Positions 30,767 through 40,538 of a DNA stretch of 64,000 nt are shown piece after piece; position 1 is the first letter of the stretch, and the number at the start of each line of letters is the position of its first letter. This DNA is from Desulfosporosinus sp. Tol-M (lineage in GTDB: Bacteria; Bacillota; Desulfitobacteriia; Desulfitobacteriales; Desulfitobacteriaceae), in NCBI GenBank assembly GCA_000770645.1, contig JQID01000127.1, positions 10,194 through 74,193 on the forward strand, written 5' to 3'. The notes beneath the pieces were generated by a model that was not told where the DNA came from, made no database searches, and saw only the letters and a program-made list of their open reading frames with translations. The translations under genes were made by a program, and so were the position numbers.

Positions 30767-30865
30767 ATAGTATAAAAAAGGATTTTCACTTAATTTGACG
30801 AATAAATAACATTTGGAATGTAATAACGGTAGAAGGTTAGATTTAAGCTGGAGGCGAATTAGATC

Positions 30866-32236
30866 ATGCCTAATTTGGTAGCGGTGATCATGGCTGCAGG
30901 AAAAGGGACAAGAATGAAATCAAAGCTGCCAAAAGTCATGCATTCATTAGCAGGCAAAACTCTCGTTGAACATGTTTTAGACACTGTAAGCCAAGTTGGG
31001 ATTGGACGTCCCTTGGTAATTGTAGGGCATGGACGAGAGGAGATTGAAAACCGCATTTCTGAACGTGTGGAGCTCGTAGTTCAAACTGAACAATTAGGAA
31101 CGGGACATGCAGTAATGCAAGCTCTACCTTATTTGGCTGGCGCCCAGACCGTTCTGGTTTTAAGCGGGGATCAGCCACTGCTTAAAACCGAGACATTAAA
31201 AACCCTTATTGAATTACACGAAGCTCAAGGGGTTAGCGCCACAGTGTTAACTGCCTGTATGGATCAGCCGTTTGGCTATGGACGAGTTATTAGAAATGGG
31301 GAATTCGTTGTTAAAATTGCCGAAGAAAAAGATGCTACATTTGAGCAACGACAAATTAACGAAATCAACACGGGAACGTATTGTTTTAAGGGGTCTGCAC
31401 TCAAGGAAGCCTTAGTCAAAATCACCACTCAAAATACACAGGGGGAATATTATTTAACAGAAGTCTTTGATGTTCTCTTAAAGCTTGGAGAGAAGGTGCT
31501 GGCATATTGTACCTTAGATTCCAATGAAGCACTGGGCATCAACAGCCGGGGTCAATTGGCTAAGGCCGAAGCAATTTTACGAGAGCGTATTCTTGATCAT
31601 TGGATGTCTGAAGGGGTCACGGTTGTGGATCCTTTCTCGACCTTTATCGATGCGGATGTAGAACTATCACACGACGTTACAATTTTGCCCTTTACCCGCT
31701 TAATGGGTAAAACTCGAATAGAAGAGGATGCCGTGATTGGACCACAGACCAGTTTGGAGAATTGTGCGGTGGGGCGTGGTTCGGAATTGACCTACACGGT
31801 GGCCAAAGATGCGGTAATTGGGGAACGTTGTCACATTGGTCCATTTGCCTATTTACGTCCTGGCACGAAACTAGAAGCGGAAGTAAAAGTGGGGGATTTT
31901 GTAGAAATAAAAAATAGTTGGATTGAAATGGGAACAAAAATACCCCATTTGAGTTATATTGGAGACACGCACGTCGGAAGATCTGTGAATATTGGAGCGG
32001 GTTCAATCACCTGTAACTACGACGGGGTTAACAAACATCCAACTAAAATCGGAGATTATGCCTTCATTGGTAGTAATACAAACTTGGTTGCTCCGCTTGA
32101 CGTGGGAGAATATGCTTTTACGGGCGCAGGCTCTACCATTACGAAGAATGTTCCGGCAAGGGCCTTGGCAGTTGAACGGAGCCCGCAGGTGATCAAGGAA
32201 CAATGGCATAAGCGAAAAGATGAAATAGGGGGCTAA
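30866..32236 (+). CDS. glmU: Bifunctional UDP-GlcNAc pyrophosphorylase/acetyltransferase
   Basis: [20 protein letters not shown], hexapeptide repeats; sigma-H-like AGGA..GAAT at 30778-30803. Confidence 0.97.
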   Translation: MPNLVAVIMAAGKGTRMKSKLPKVMHSLAGKTLVEHVLDTVSQVGIGRPLVIVGHGREEIENRISERVELVVQTEQLGTGHAVMQALPYLAGAQTVLVLSGDQPLLKTETLKTLIELHEAQGVSATVLTACMDQPFGYGRVIRNGEFVVKIAEEKDATFEQRQINEINTGTYCFKGSALKEALVKITTQNTQGEYYLTEVFDVLLKLGEKVLAYCTLDSNEALGINSRGQLAKAEAILRERILDHWMSEGVTVVDPFSTFIDADVELSHDVTILPFTRLMGKTRIEEDAVIGPQTSLENCAVGRGSELTYTVAKDAVIGERCHIGPFAYLRPGTKLEAEVKVGDFVEIKNSWIEMGTKIPHLSYIGDTHVGRSVNIGAGSITCNYDGVNKHPTKIGDYAFIGSNTNLVAPLDVGEYAFTGAGSTITKNVPARALAVERSPQVIKEQWHKRKDEIGG

Positions 32237-32243
32237 AAGACCC

Positions 32244-33179
32244 ATGGGAGCAGAAGAATTTAAGATTTTTTGTGGGAATGCCAATCGTCCGTTGGCACAG
32301 GAAATTGTGGACTATCTTGGGGTTCCGCTTGGTGCAGCTAAAATTCAACGTTTTGGAGACGGGGAAATCAGTCTTGCCGTTGATGAAAGCGTGCGGGGGT
32401 CGGATATCTATGTTGTTCAACCCACTTGCAATCCAACAAATGACAACATCATGGAATTACTGATCATAATTGATGCAATGCGTAGGGCATCAGCGCGCCG
32501 TATTACTGCAGTTATCCCATATTATGGATATGCTCGCCAAGAACGCAAGTCCCGAGCACGTGAACCAATTACAGCTAAACTAATGGCGAACTTAATTACC
32601 ACAGCCGGCGCAGATCGTGTCGTAACTATGGACTTACACGCTCCGGCCATTCAAGGATTTTTTGATATTCCGCTGGACCACTTGCCTGGGGTCCCGATTT
32701 TAGCGGGGTATTTTGCGGAGAAAGGGCTTGAAAATCTCTGTGTCGTATCTCCAGACTTAGGTGGAGTGACCAGAGCACGTAATTTAGCCGAACGAATCGG
32801 CGCAACGCTCGCTATTATTGATAAACGGCGGCCGGAACCCAATGTTTCGGAAATTATGAATGTCATTGGGGAACTGAAAGGGAAGACGGTTGTCATGATC
32901 GACGACATTATTGATACTGCCGGTACAATTACCCAGGGTGCGCTTGCTCTTGTCGAACGAGGCGCCAAGGAAGTTTATGCGTGCTGTACCCATCCGGTTT
33001 TATCCGGACCGGCAATTGAACGTTTGAAAAACTCCGTTATTCGTGAACTCGTTGTCACAAATACAATTCCAATAGAGAACATGATTCCCCGGATTAGGGT
33101 GTTGTCTGTTGCCCAGCTCTTGGGGGATGCCATTGTCCGTATTCACGAAAATCTCTCCGTCAGTAAACTCTTTAGTTAA
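32244..33179 (+). CDS. prs: Ribose-phosphate pyrophosphokinase
   Basis: [30 protein letters not shown]. Confidence 0.97.
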   Translation: MGAEEFKIFCGNANRPLAQEIVDYLGVPLGAAKIQRFGDGEISLAVDESVRGSDIYVVQPTCNPTNDNIMELLIIIDAMRRASARRITAVIPYYGYARQERKSRAREPITAKLMANLITTAGADRVVTMDLHAPAIQGFFDIPLDHLPGVPILAGYFAEKGLENLCVVSPDLGGVTRARNLAERIGATLAIIDKRRPEPNVSEIMNVIGELKGKTVVMIDDIIDTAGTITQGALALVERGAKEVYACCTHPVLSGPAIERLKNSVIRELVVTNTIPIENMIPRIRVLSVAQLLGDAIVRIHENLSVSKLFS

Positions 33180-33195
33180 TAAGACCCTTGGGGTA

Positions 33196-33924
33196 TTATC
33201 CCAAGGGTATTTTGGAAACGGGTATTTCGGAAATAGTTTGGGTGGCCGGTGGAATAGCCTCTGTTTCGGGAAGACCAATCAGTTCCTTATCCGGGTTGGG
33301 GGGAGTAACAGCAGTATGGAGTTTCCTATTTTTAAAGTAGCTGCTGATAGTGTGAGTTGTTTCTGAGGCCAGATGTGACGTTGAGTGCATGAGGTTTTTT
33401 AAGGAGTCACTGAGTCCTTTGTCCGCGATGGTTAGAGCATTTTCACTATCTTTTTGTGAAATGATTACATCGTGGCCAATGGTCTTGATGTGTTCTGCAG
33501 AAATCCACGCTTTGCCGCTTAAGAATCCATCAATTATACCGCCTGAAATTTCTATCCGGGTTATTTTCCCTGTTCCCGGATCGATATAATATTCGTCGGC
33601 GATGCCAAGTGTTTTCCCTGTTTCCGTGACCATCTTTGTTCCTATGATGGTCAATTTTTGTTTGACCAGATCAAATAATGCTGGAAGACTTGAGGTTTTT
33701 TCCACGTGGGACTCCTTGTCAATGGTGATTGCGTCCTCGCCAACACTGACGACTTTGGAATAGGGTATAATGCGTTGATCCTTAAAAAAACCCTTCGTGT
33801 CTACTACAATAGCAGCTAGAGCCTTGGTACCGGCATCAAGAATTAAGCTTTTTACGTACCCAATTTGCTGTCCTTCCTGGAGTGAAATGATAGGTAAGGA
33901 TAAATACTTTCTACTGGGTTTCAC
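33196..33924 (-). CDS. PRC-barrel domain protein (two barrels)
   Basis: LPIISLQEGQQIG...VVSVGEDAITI and MVTETGKTLG...IDP.TGKI. Confidence 0.8.
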   Translation of the reverse strand: MKPSRKYLSLPIISLQEGQQIGYVKSLILDAGTKALAAIVVDTKGFFKDQRIIPYSKVVSVGEDAITIDKESHVEKTSSLPALFDLVKQKLTIIGTKMVTETGKTLGIADEYYIDPGTGKITRIEISGGIIDGFLSGKAWISAEHIKTIGHDVIISQKDSENALTIADKGLSDSLKNLMHSTSHLASETTHTISSYFKNRKLHTAVTPPNPDKELIGLPETEAIPPATQTISEIPVSKIPLG

Positions 33925-34018
33925 AGGTGCACCCTCTCCCTTATTGGTAAAATTAGTTACTTATTGTTAAAATATTGTATTCAGAGTATCGGATGAATAT
34001 GCTATGGAGGAGATCAGA

Positions 34019-34615
34019 ATGAAGGTTATTGTCGGTCTCGGAAATCCGGGCCCTCAATATGCAGAGACGCGCCATAATATTGGGTTTTTACTGGTTGACT
34101 TGCTGGCAGAGGCTCATAGCCTTCAATTTCGTGCAAAATTCCAGGGATTATGGACGGAAGGGAATGTGGAGGGCGAACGCCTTCAACTCTTAAAGCCTCT
34201 AACATTTATGAATTTGAGTGGCCGTTCGGTGAGAGAACTTACCGCTTTTTATAAAGTTCTTGGGGAAGATTTACTGATTGTTCAGGATGACATGGATCTG
34301 TCACTTGGGAAAATTCGTCTCCGTAATCGGGGAAGTGCAGGGGGCCATAACGGGATTAAATCCATTCTAGCTGAATTGGGAACAGAGAAATTCTGGCGAC
34401 TAAAATTAGGAGTGGGTCGGCCAACGCGAAGTTCGAGGTTCGAGATTCGAGATTCGAACCGTGAATCACGAACCACTAACATCGAATATGTCCTTTCCTC
34501 CTTTGCGAAAGATGAAATTGCTCAGGTAGATGACATGTTAGGACGGGCAGAAAAAGCGGCGTATTTATGGATTAAAGGGGAAACCGATCGGGCCATGAAT
34601 TTATACCATCGTTAA
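34019..34615 (+). CDS. pth: Peptidyl-tRNA hydrolase with a repeat-derived loop insertion
   Basis: [37 protein letters not shown]. Confidence 0.96.
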   Translation: MKVIVGLGNPGPQYAETRHNIGFLLVDLLAEAHSLQFRAKFQGLWTEGNVEGERLQLLKPLTFMNLSGRSVRELTAFYKVLGEDLLIVQDDMDLSLGKIRLRNRGSAGGHNGIKSILAELGTEKFWRLKLGVGRPTRSSRFEIRDSNRESRTTNIEYVLSSFAKDEIAQVDDMLGRAEKAAYLWIKGETDRAMNLYHR

Positions 34616-34674
34616 CGTGAGGTATAACCTTCATTGCTAGGGGTAATTCTACTAGCTAGGAAGGTGATTTTAGT

Positions 34675-34851
34675 ATGAAGATATTAAAGTTATGTCGTAC
34701 TTGTGACCGAATTATTGGTGAGCTTGAGTTAGATGACTTGACCAACGATAACGCTGACCCTATAATGGAGATTGTTGGAAATGTTGCTTATGCGATTTGC
34801 CCTGGTTGTCTACAAGAAATGGAACTGGAGCCAAGGAATGTGTATCATTAG
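34675..34851 (+). CDS. fin: Anti-sigma-F factor Fin (YabK), 58 aa, absent from the ORF track
   Basis: RBS aggaaggtg; MKILKLCRTCDRIIGEL...AYAICPGCLQEM with two CxxC; lies between pth and mfd like B. subtilis fin. Confidence 0.8.
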   Translation: MKILKLCRTCDRIIGELELDDLTNDNADPIMEIVGNVAYAICPGCLQEMELEPRNVYH

Positions 34852-34886
34852 ATTCATCTTTTTTGCTACCCGAAAGGATGCGCGGT

Positions 34887-37800
34887 TTGAATACAATTCA
34901 TGACTATCTTCGACAGGGGCTGGATATAAAAGGGATTGATCAATCGTTAAGTCATGGGGAATGGCCCCAGACGATATACGATTTAACAGGGAGCCAAAAG
35001 GCAGCCTTTGTCGCGCAGCTATTACAAATGTCTATAAAAACCGGATTAATCTTAACTTATTCGGAAGAGCAGGCACAAAAGTGGGCTAATGATTTACGGA
35101 CCTGGTGCTCTCCGGAAACCATTCTACATTTGCCCACAACAGAATGGCTTCCTTTTGAAGTGTTAGGGAGAAGCAGGGAAACGACTTCAGACCGAATTCG
35201 CGTCATGAATCGACTGGCGCAGGACTCAAAGTGTACGGTCGTTGCTTCTGTTCTGGCAGTGGAACGGCGCGTATTTCCTCTGGAAAGCTGGACAGATTTT
35301 ACATTAACATTTGAAGTGGGGAAAGGATATGGCCTTTCCGAAGTTCTTAGGGCATTAACCTCTGGCGGATATGAACGGATAGAGACAGTTGAAGGGAAAG
35401 GGCAGTTCGCTTTAAGAGGCGGGATCTTGGATATTGCACCTTTAGACGGAGAGGCGGTCCGTATTGAGTTTTACGATGATCAAATCGACTCCATCCGAAC
35501 TTTTGACCTTGGAACACAGAAATCGATTGCTGCTGTGAGCAAGGTGCGTATTCCTCCTGCCATGGAATATGTTGTCACTAGGGAGGAGCTGGGACAACTT
35601 CGATTTGCAATTCGGGCGGAAGCTCGTAAAACGACCGGCCGTCTCACACGAGCCGGGAGGGAAGAAGCGGCGGAACGCTTATATAATAAAGTTAATTTTT
35701 GGGAGGAACAGCTTGAACAGGGAATCTTGGACGAAAATGCCTATTCTTTTTTGAGCTTAGTTAATAAACCGCTCGTTCCCTTTTTTTCTTATCTTACGGA
35801 GGACCATTTTGTTGTTTTGGACGAGCCTCTACGTTTAAAAGAACAGTTAGAGTTTCAAGCAAATGAGCGGTTATTAGAATTCACTCACCAATTGGAACAC
35901 GGTGAAGGGTTTGTTGACCCTGAGACACAGTTTATTGATTACAATGATATTCTAAGCCACGGAGAGCGTTATCCCTTGATCAGTCTTTCAACGCTTTTAA
36001 GGCAAGCCCCAGGTCTCTCGCCAAAGCGGATTTTCAACCTTACTGCCCGCCCTTTGACCGGCTTCATGGGAAAAACAAGTAAGTTAGTCGAGGAGATAGA
36101 GAATCGAAAGGAAGCGGGGAATGTGGTGGCGTTGTTTGTCGGCGATGAGGATCATGCCCTGCGTTTGATTCAGGGCTTAAAAGATAGTGGCCTGACTGCA
36201 GCCCGTAAAGAACTTAAGGATCCGGTTGAAGAAGGACATGTTTATGTCTACCCGTTTTCCCTCGGCCATGGCTTTGAGTTACCGCTCGGAAAGCTAATCA
36301 TTTTGACAGAAACTGAAATCTATAAAAGGGGGAGTAAGGTGGTTGGCAAGAAGCCCAGTACACCTGCTCAAAAGAACATATTCATCTCGGATCTTAAACC
36401 AGGTGACTATGTTGTGCATGTTCACCACGGGATCGGTCAATTTACCGGCATTGAACGGTTAGCGGTTGGAGGGGTAGAAAAGGATTATTTTGGGATCCGC
36501 TATGCGGGAGAAGATCGGCTCTATGTTCCTTTGGATCAACTGCATCTCTTGCAAAAATATTTAGGAAGCGCAGCGGAAACCTTGCCCAAACTATATAAAC
36601 TCGGGGGGACTGAGTGGTACAAGGTAAAGAGTAAAACACGCAGTGCTGTTAAAGAAATGGCGATTGATTTAGTAAAACTTTATGCCAAGCGGGAGGCAAT
36701 TCAAGGATTTGCCTTTTCTCAGGATAATGTGTGGCAAACTGAATTTGAGGAGAAGTTCCCTTATGAAGAGACTCCAGACCAACTACAGAGCATTGCGGAT
36801 GTAAAACTTGACATGATGAGTCCACGTCCAATGGACCGCTTACTTTGCGGGGATGTGGGCTATGGCAAAACGGAAGTTGCCCTTCGTGCGGCGTTTAAAG
36901 CGGTGCTGGACAGTAAGCAAGTGGCCGTCCTTGTTCCGACAACTATTTTAGCCCAACAACATTTTAATACCTTTCGGGAACGGTTTATTGGGTATCCGAT
37001 CACCATCGAAATGCTCAGCCGGTTTCGGTCTCAGAAGGAACAAAAAGCAATACTTGAAGGGCTTAAGGAAGGCAGAATTGATATCCTTGTGGGAACGCAC
37101 CGTATTCTCTCTGATGCCGTCAAATTTAAAGATTTAGGATTATTGGTCATCGATGAAGAGCAGCGTTTTGGGGTTACCCACAAGGAGAAACTGAAAACAA
37201 TAAAAGGTAACGTCGATGTGCTAACCTTATCGGCGACCCCAATCCCGAGGACTTTGCATATGTCACTGGTGGGCGTTAGGGACATGAGTGTGATCGAGAC
37301 CCCACCGGAAGGCCGGTATCCGGTTCAAACGTATGTCACAGAATTTCGGGATGATGTGGTACGTGACGCCATAAGGCGTGAGATACAACGTGGCGGGCAA
37401 GTATTCTATGTACATAATCGAGTCGAGGATATGGACAAGGTTACCCGTTTTTTGAGGCAATTGGTTCCCGAAGCTCGGTTTGGTGTTGCCCATGGTCAAA
37501 TGCGCGAAACAGAGTTGGAACGGGTCATGCTTGATTTTCTTGAGCAGGAAATCGATGTCCTGGTTTCTACGACCATTATCGAGACGGGACTTGATATGCC
37601 CAAAGTAAACACACTTATTATTGACGAGTCCGATCATTTTGGGTTATCCCAACTTTATCAGTTGCGCGGGCGTGTTGGGCGGTCCAATCGCAAAGCGTTT
37701 GCCTACCTTCTGTATAAACCGCAAAAGGTTCTCACGGAAATTGCAGAAAAACGTCTCGTAGCTATCCGTGAGTTTACTGAATTTGGAGCGGGATTTAAAA

Positions 37801-38420
37801 TTGCCATGCGAGATTTGGAATTTCGTGGCGCAGGGAACTTGATTGGCGCCCAACAGCATGGGCATTTAGCAGCGGTGGGGTTTGAAATGTACAGCCAGAT
37901 GCTTAAAGAAGTGGTTCAGGAACTGCGAGGAGAAAAGGTTGAAGAAGTCATCAAACCGAGTATTGAGCTTCAGGTGGATGCCTTTTTACCAGATCCCTAT
38001 GTTGTGGATAGACAAGCTAAGGCAACATTATACCAACAACTGGCAATGGTTCGGGATGAGGAACAACTTAGCGAGATGATTGAGGAATTGGTGGATCGTT
38101 TCGGAACTCCGACGCGTGAAGTTGAGCACTTAATTGAAATAATTCGGATCAGATTACTGGCAAGCTCTTTAAAAGTTGAACAAATCCAACAAGTTAAACA
38201 AAATGTTAGTATTCGTTTTTCAGTAGATATGGGCATGACTGGTGAGAATCTGATGGCTGTGGCCTCGGCTTCTCCTTATCCTTTGTCTTTCAGGACAGCA
38301 AGTGGAGGGAATCTGGAGTGCAAAATTCGTATCCGCACGCTTGAACAAGAAAAGGTGATTGGGGCGGTACTTCAGGTGCTCTCTGCCTTTTGCATTATTG
38401 CCTCAAGTACAACTCCTTGA
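34887..38420 (+). CDS. mfd: Transcription-repair coupling factor
   Basis: GDYVVHVHHGIG, CGDVGYGKTEVA, DEEQRFG, SATPIPRT, QLRGRVGR; TTG after gaaagga. Confidence 0.97.
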   Translation: MNTIHDYLRQGLDIKGIDQSLSHGEWPQTIYDLTGSQKAAFVAQLLQMSIKTGLILTYSEEQAQKWANDLRTWCSPETILHLPTTEWLPFEVLGRSRETTSDRIRVMNRLAQDSKCTVVASVLAVERRVFPLESWTDFTLTFEVGKGYGLSEVLRALTSGGYERIETVEGKGQFALRGGILDIAPLDGEAVRIEFYDDQIDSIRTFDLGTQKSIAAVSKVRIPPAMEYVVTREELGQLRFAIRAEARKTTGRLTRAGREEAAERLYNKVNFWEEQLEQGILDENAYSFLSLVNKPLVPFFSYLTEDHFVVLDEPLRLKEQLEFQANERLLEFTHQLEHGEGFVDPETQFIDYNDILSHGERYPLISLSTLLRQAPGLSPKRIFNLTARPLTGFMGKTSKLVEEIENRKEAGNVVALFVGDEDHALRLIQGLKDSGLTAARKELKDPVEEGHVYVYPFSLGHGFELPLGKLIILTETEIYKRGSKVVGKKPSTPAQKNIFISDLKPGDYVVHVHHGIGQFTGIERLAVGGVEKDYFGIRYAGEDRLYVPLDQLHLLQKYLGSAAETLPKLYKLGGTEWYKVKSKTRSAVKEMAIDLVKLYAKREAIQGFAFSQDNVWQTEFEEKFPYEETPDQLQSIADVKLDMMSPRPMDRLLCGDVGYGKTEVALRAAFKAVLDSKQVAVLVPTTILAQQHFNTFRERFIGYPITIEMLSRFRSQKEQKAILEGLKEGRIDILVGTHRILSDAVKFKDLGLLVIDEEQRFGVTHKEKLKTIKGNVDVLTLSATPIPRTLHMSLVGVRDMSVIETPPEGRYPVQTYVTEFRDDVVRDAIRREIQRGGQVFYVHNRVEDMDKVTRFLRQLVPEARFGVAHGQMRETELERVMLDFLEQEIDVLVSTTIIETGLDMPKVNTLIIDESDHFGLSQLYQLRGRVGRSNRKAFAYLLYKPQKVLTEIAEKRLVAIREFTEFGAGFKIAMRDLEFRGAGNLIGAQQHGHLAAVGFEMYSQMLKEVVQELRGEKVEEVIKPSIELQVDAFLPDPYVVDRQAKATLYQQLAMVRDEEQLSEMIEELVDRFGTPTREVEHLIEIIRIRLLASSLKVEQIQQVKQNVSIRFSVDMGMTGENLMAVASASPYPLSFRTASGGNLECKIRIRTLEQEKVIGAVLQVLSAFCIIASSTTP

Positions 38421-38456
38421 TATACTGTTCTCATGTAAATGAAAGGGTGTGTCTGG

Positions 38457-39422
38457 ATGAAAAAGTCTTGGGGGGGGATCATTTTCGGAGTCCTGGCCTT
38501 GATACTTGTGACAACGGGATGTTCTTCGTTGGTTAGCGGTAAATGGGCGGTAAAAGTTAACGGAGATTCAATTTTGATTAAGGATTATGAGGCCCGAGTT
38601 GCCGAAGTGCAAAAGACTTATGAAAAACAAGGTGCGAAATTTGACACAGAGGAGGGTAAAGAAGCTTTACCTCAGATAAAAAGCCAGCTTTTAGAACGTA
38701 TAATCGACGCCAAGCTTATAGCTCAAGAAGTGAAGAATCAAAAGCTTGATCCAGAGGATGCAAAAATCAAAGAGCAGGAGTCAACCATTAGAAAAAATAT
38801 AGGGGATGATGTTAATTTTCAAGATACTCTAAAACAACAGGGTATGACGGAAGCCGATTTAAGGAATTTATTGACGGTTTATGAGAAAGTAACGGCTGAT
38901 GTTAAAGTGCCGAGCGACAGTGAGGTTAAAGCTTTTTTTGATAAAAACATAGCTCGTTACAGCCGGCCTGAAAGTGTAACAGCTCATCATATTCTGGTTG
39001 AAATGGAAGATGAAGCGAAAGCGATTATTACGCAGCTTACAGCGGTTAAGGACCAAGCAGCAATCCTTCCTCTGTTTATACAGCTCGCTAAAGACAAGTC
39101 CACTGAGGATGGAGCCAAAGAATCGGGTGGAGATCTTGGAACCTTTACGAAGGGGGAAATGGTTCCGGAATTTGAAACAGCGGTATTTGCCCAGAAAGCA
39201 GGTACATTTTCAACAACCCCTGTAAAAACGGAATTTGGTTATCATGTGATCTGGGTTGATGCGCACATACCTGCAACAGTCGCAGACTATGCCAAGGTGA
39301 AAGCTCAAGTGGCACAAGATGTCTTGAATGTGGCACAAGATGCAAAGTACCAGACGTATTTTGACGATCTGCGTAAGAATGCAATAATTGAATATGCAAA
39401 GGAATATCAGCCAGCAAGTTAA
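38457..39422 (+). CDS. prsA: PrsA-like parvulin PPIase lipoprotein
   Basis: Lipobox TTGC; AHHILV, GGDLG.F.KG.MVPEFE, TEFGYHVI. Confidence 0.9.
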   Translation: MKKSWGGIIFGVLALILVTTGCSSLVSGKWAVKVNGDSILIKDYEARVAEVQKTYEKQGAKFDTEEGKEALPQIKSQLLERIIDAKLIAQEVKNQKLDPEDAKIKEQESTIRKNIGDDVNFQDTLKQQGMTEADLRNLLTVYEKVTADVKVPSDSEVKAFFDKNIARYSRPESVTAHHILVEMEDEAKAIITQLTAVKDQAAILPLFIQLAKDKSTEDGAKESGGDLGTFTKGEMVPEFETAVFAQKAGTFSTTPVKTEFGYHVIWVDAHIPATVADYAKVKAQVAQDVLNVAQDAKYQTYFDDLRKNAIIEYAKEYQPAS

Positions 39423-39581
39423 TAATAGGTGAAGGAGGTAACTATAGTTGCCTTCTTTTGTTTTAGATTGGAAAAAAATGAATAAATAGCAATCCCTAGA
39501 TATATACTATCATTGAATTTATGGTTCAAAAAGCAAGTGCGAAATGAGTTTCGGGAATGACAAAAAGAGGAAGGTGCGTTT

Positions 39582-40145
39582 ATGAAAGCAACAGGTATCG
39601 TAAGAAGAATTGATGACCTCGGTCGTGTCGTTATTCCAAAGGAAATTCGTCGGACTCTTCGTATTCGGGAAGGAGATCCGTTAGAGATTTTTGTAGATCG
39701 GGAAGGGGAAGTCATCCTCAAGAAATATTCCCCTATCCGTGAATTGGGAGAATTTGCTAAGGAATATGCTGATTCGCTTTTCGAGGCAACAGGGCATATT
39801 ACTTGTATCTCAGATCGTGATACGATTATTGCAGTATCGGGAGCATCAAAGAAGGAGTATCTGAATAAAGCGGTAGGACCCGTCATAGAACAAGCCATGG
39901 AGTCAAGAAAAACCATTCATATCGGCAATTCTGGGGAGAATGCCTTGTGTAAAGGCTGTCCTGAAAATGAGGAAGAGGACAAATGCAAGTATACCAGTGA
40001 AGTCATTGCCCCGGTTATTTCGCAAGGGGATCCGATAGGTGCTGTAATGCTCATATCCAAAGAGCCAAATATGAAAATGGGTGAGTTGGAGATTAAATTA
40101 GTCGAGACAGCGGCCGGATTTTTAGCAAAGCAGATGGAACAATAA
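39582..40145 (+). CDS. spoVT: Stage V sporulation protein T
   Basis: MKATGIVRRIDDLGRVVIPKEIRR plus GAF domain ending AAGFLAKQM. Confidence 0.97.
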   Translation: MKATGIVRRIDDLGRVVIPKEIRRTLRIREGDPLEIFVDREGEVILKKYSPIRELGEFAKEYADSLFEATGHITCISDRDTIIAVSGASKKEYLNKAVGPVIEQAMESRKTIHIGNSGENALCKGCPENEEEDKCKYTSEVIAPVISQGDPIGAVMLISKEPNMKMGELEIKLVETAAGFLAKQMEQ

Positions 40146-40151
40146 CCATAA

Positions 40152-40310
40152 AGCGCTGGCCATGGATGGCCGAGTGTCCCTGTAGCCATGGACGGCGAGA
40201 AGGGACCGCTGGCCCGAAGACACTGTCTTCGCACGGATTAGCCTTCTTGCAGGATGGCGGGAAGAGACCATCGCCATGGATGGCTAGATGCCGTATGGCG
40301 GGAAGGGACG
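40152..40310. repeat. GC-rich structured element with three gccatgga(t/c)ggc modules
   Basis: Modules at 40159, 40185 and 40273; stems gtccct/agggac and cgaagac/gtcttcg. Confidence 0.6.
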
Positions 40311-40312
40311 AG

Positions 40313-40347
40313 ATAAAAATAAAGCGGTCTAGCCGCTTTATTTTTAT
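40313..40347. terminator. Bidirectional terminator-like hairpin
   Basis: ataaaaataaagcgg-tctag-ccgctttatttttat. Confidence 0.8.
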
Positions 40348-40355
40348 TAGACATA

Positions 40356-40447
40356 TCAGACTCCCATGCCGCTGCGCGTCACTACAGATGAATAAAAAGG
40401 TTATTTCAAGGCAGACAGTATAAGTTTTCGGGGTACTCCTTTACTTG
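40356..40447 (+). repeat. Intergenic repeat family A copy
   Basis: tcagactcccatgccgctgcgc...gatgaataaaaaggttatttcaaggcagacagtataagtttt...cctttacttg. Confidence 0.85.
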
Positions 40448-40538
40448 GAAATTTGGTATTATAATAGTATGGAAGAAAGCATTAATAGAGATTTTTTTAT
40501 TAGAAAGTTTATGGTAAAATACGCTTAGGAGGTGAAAA

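Noticed and set aside
40166-40423. 85-aa ORF after spoVT, and similar ORFs at 5098-5331, 14555-14827, 23066-23302, 28328-28528, 43071-43256 and 53984-54232
   Set aside because: These are translations of intergenic repeats (for example the shared LPCRCAA peptide) with no RBS or family signal
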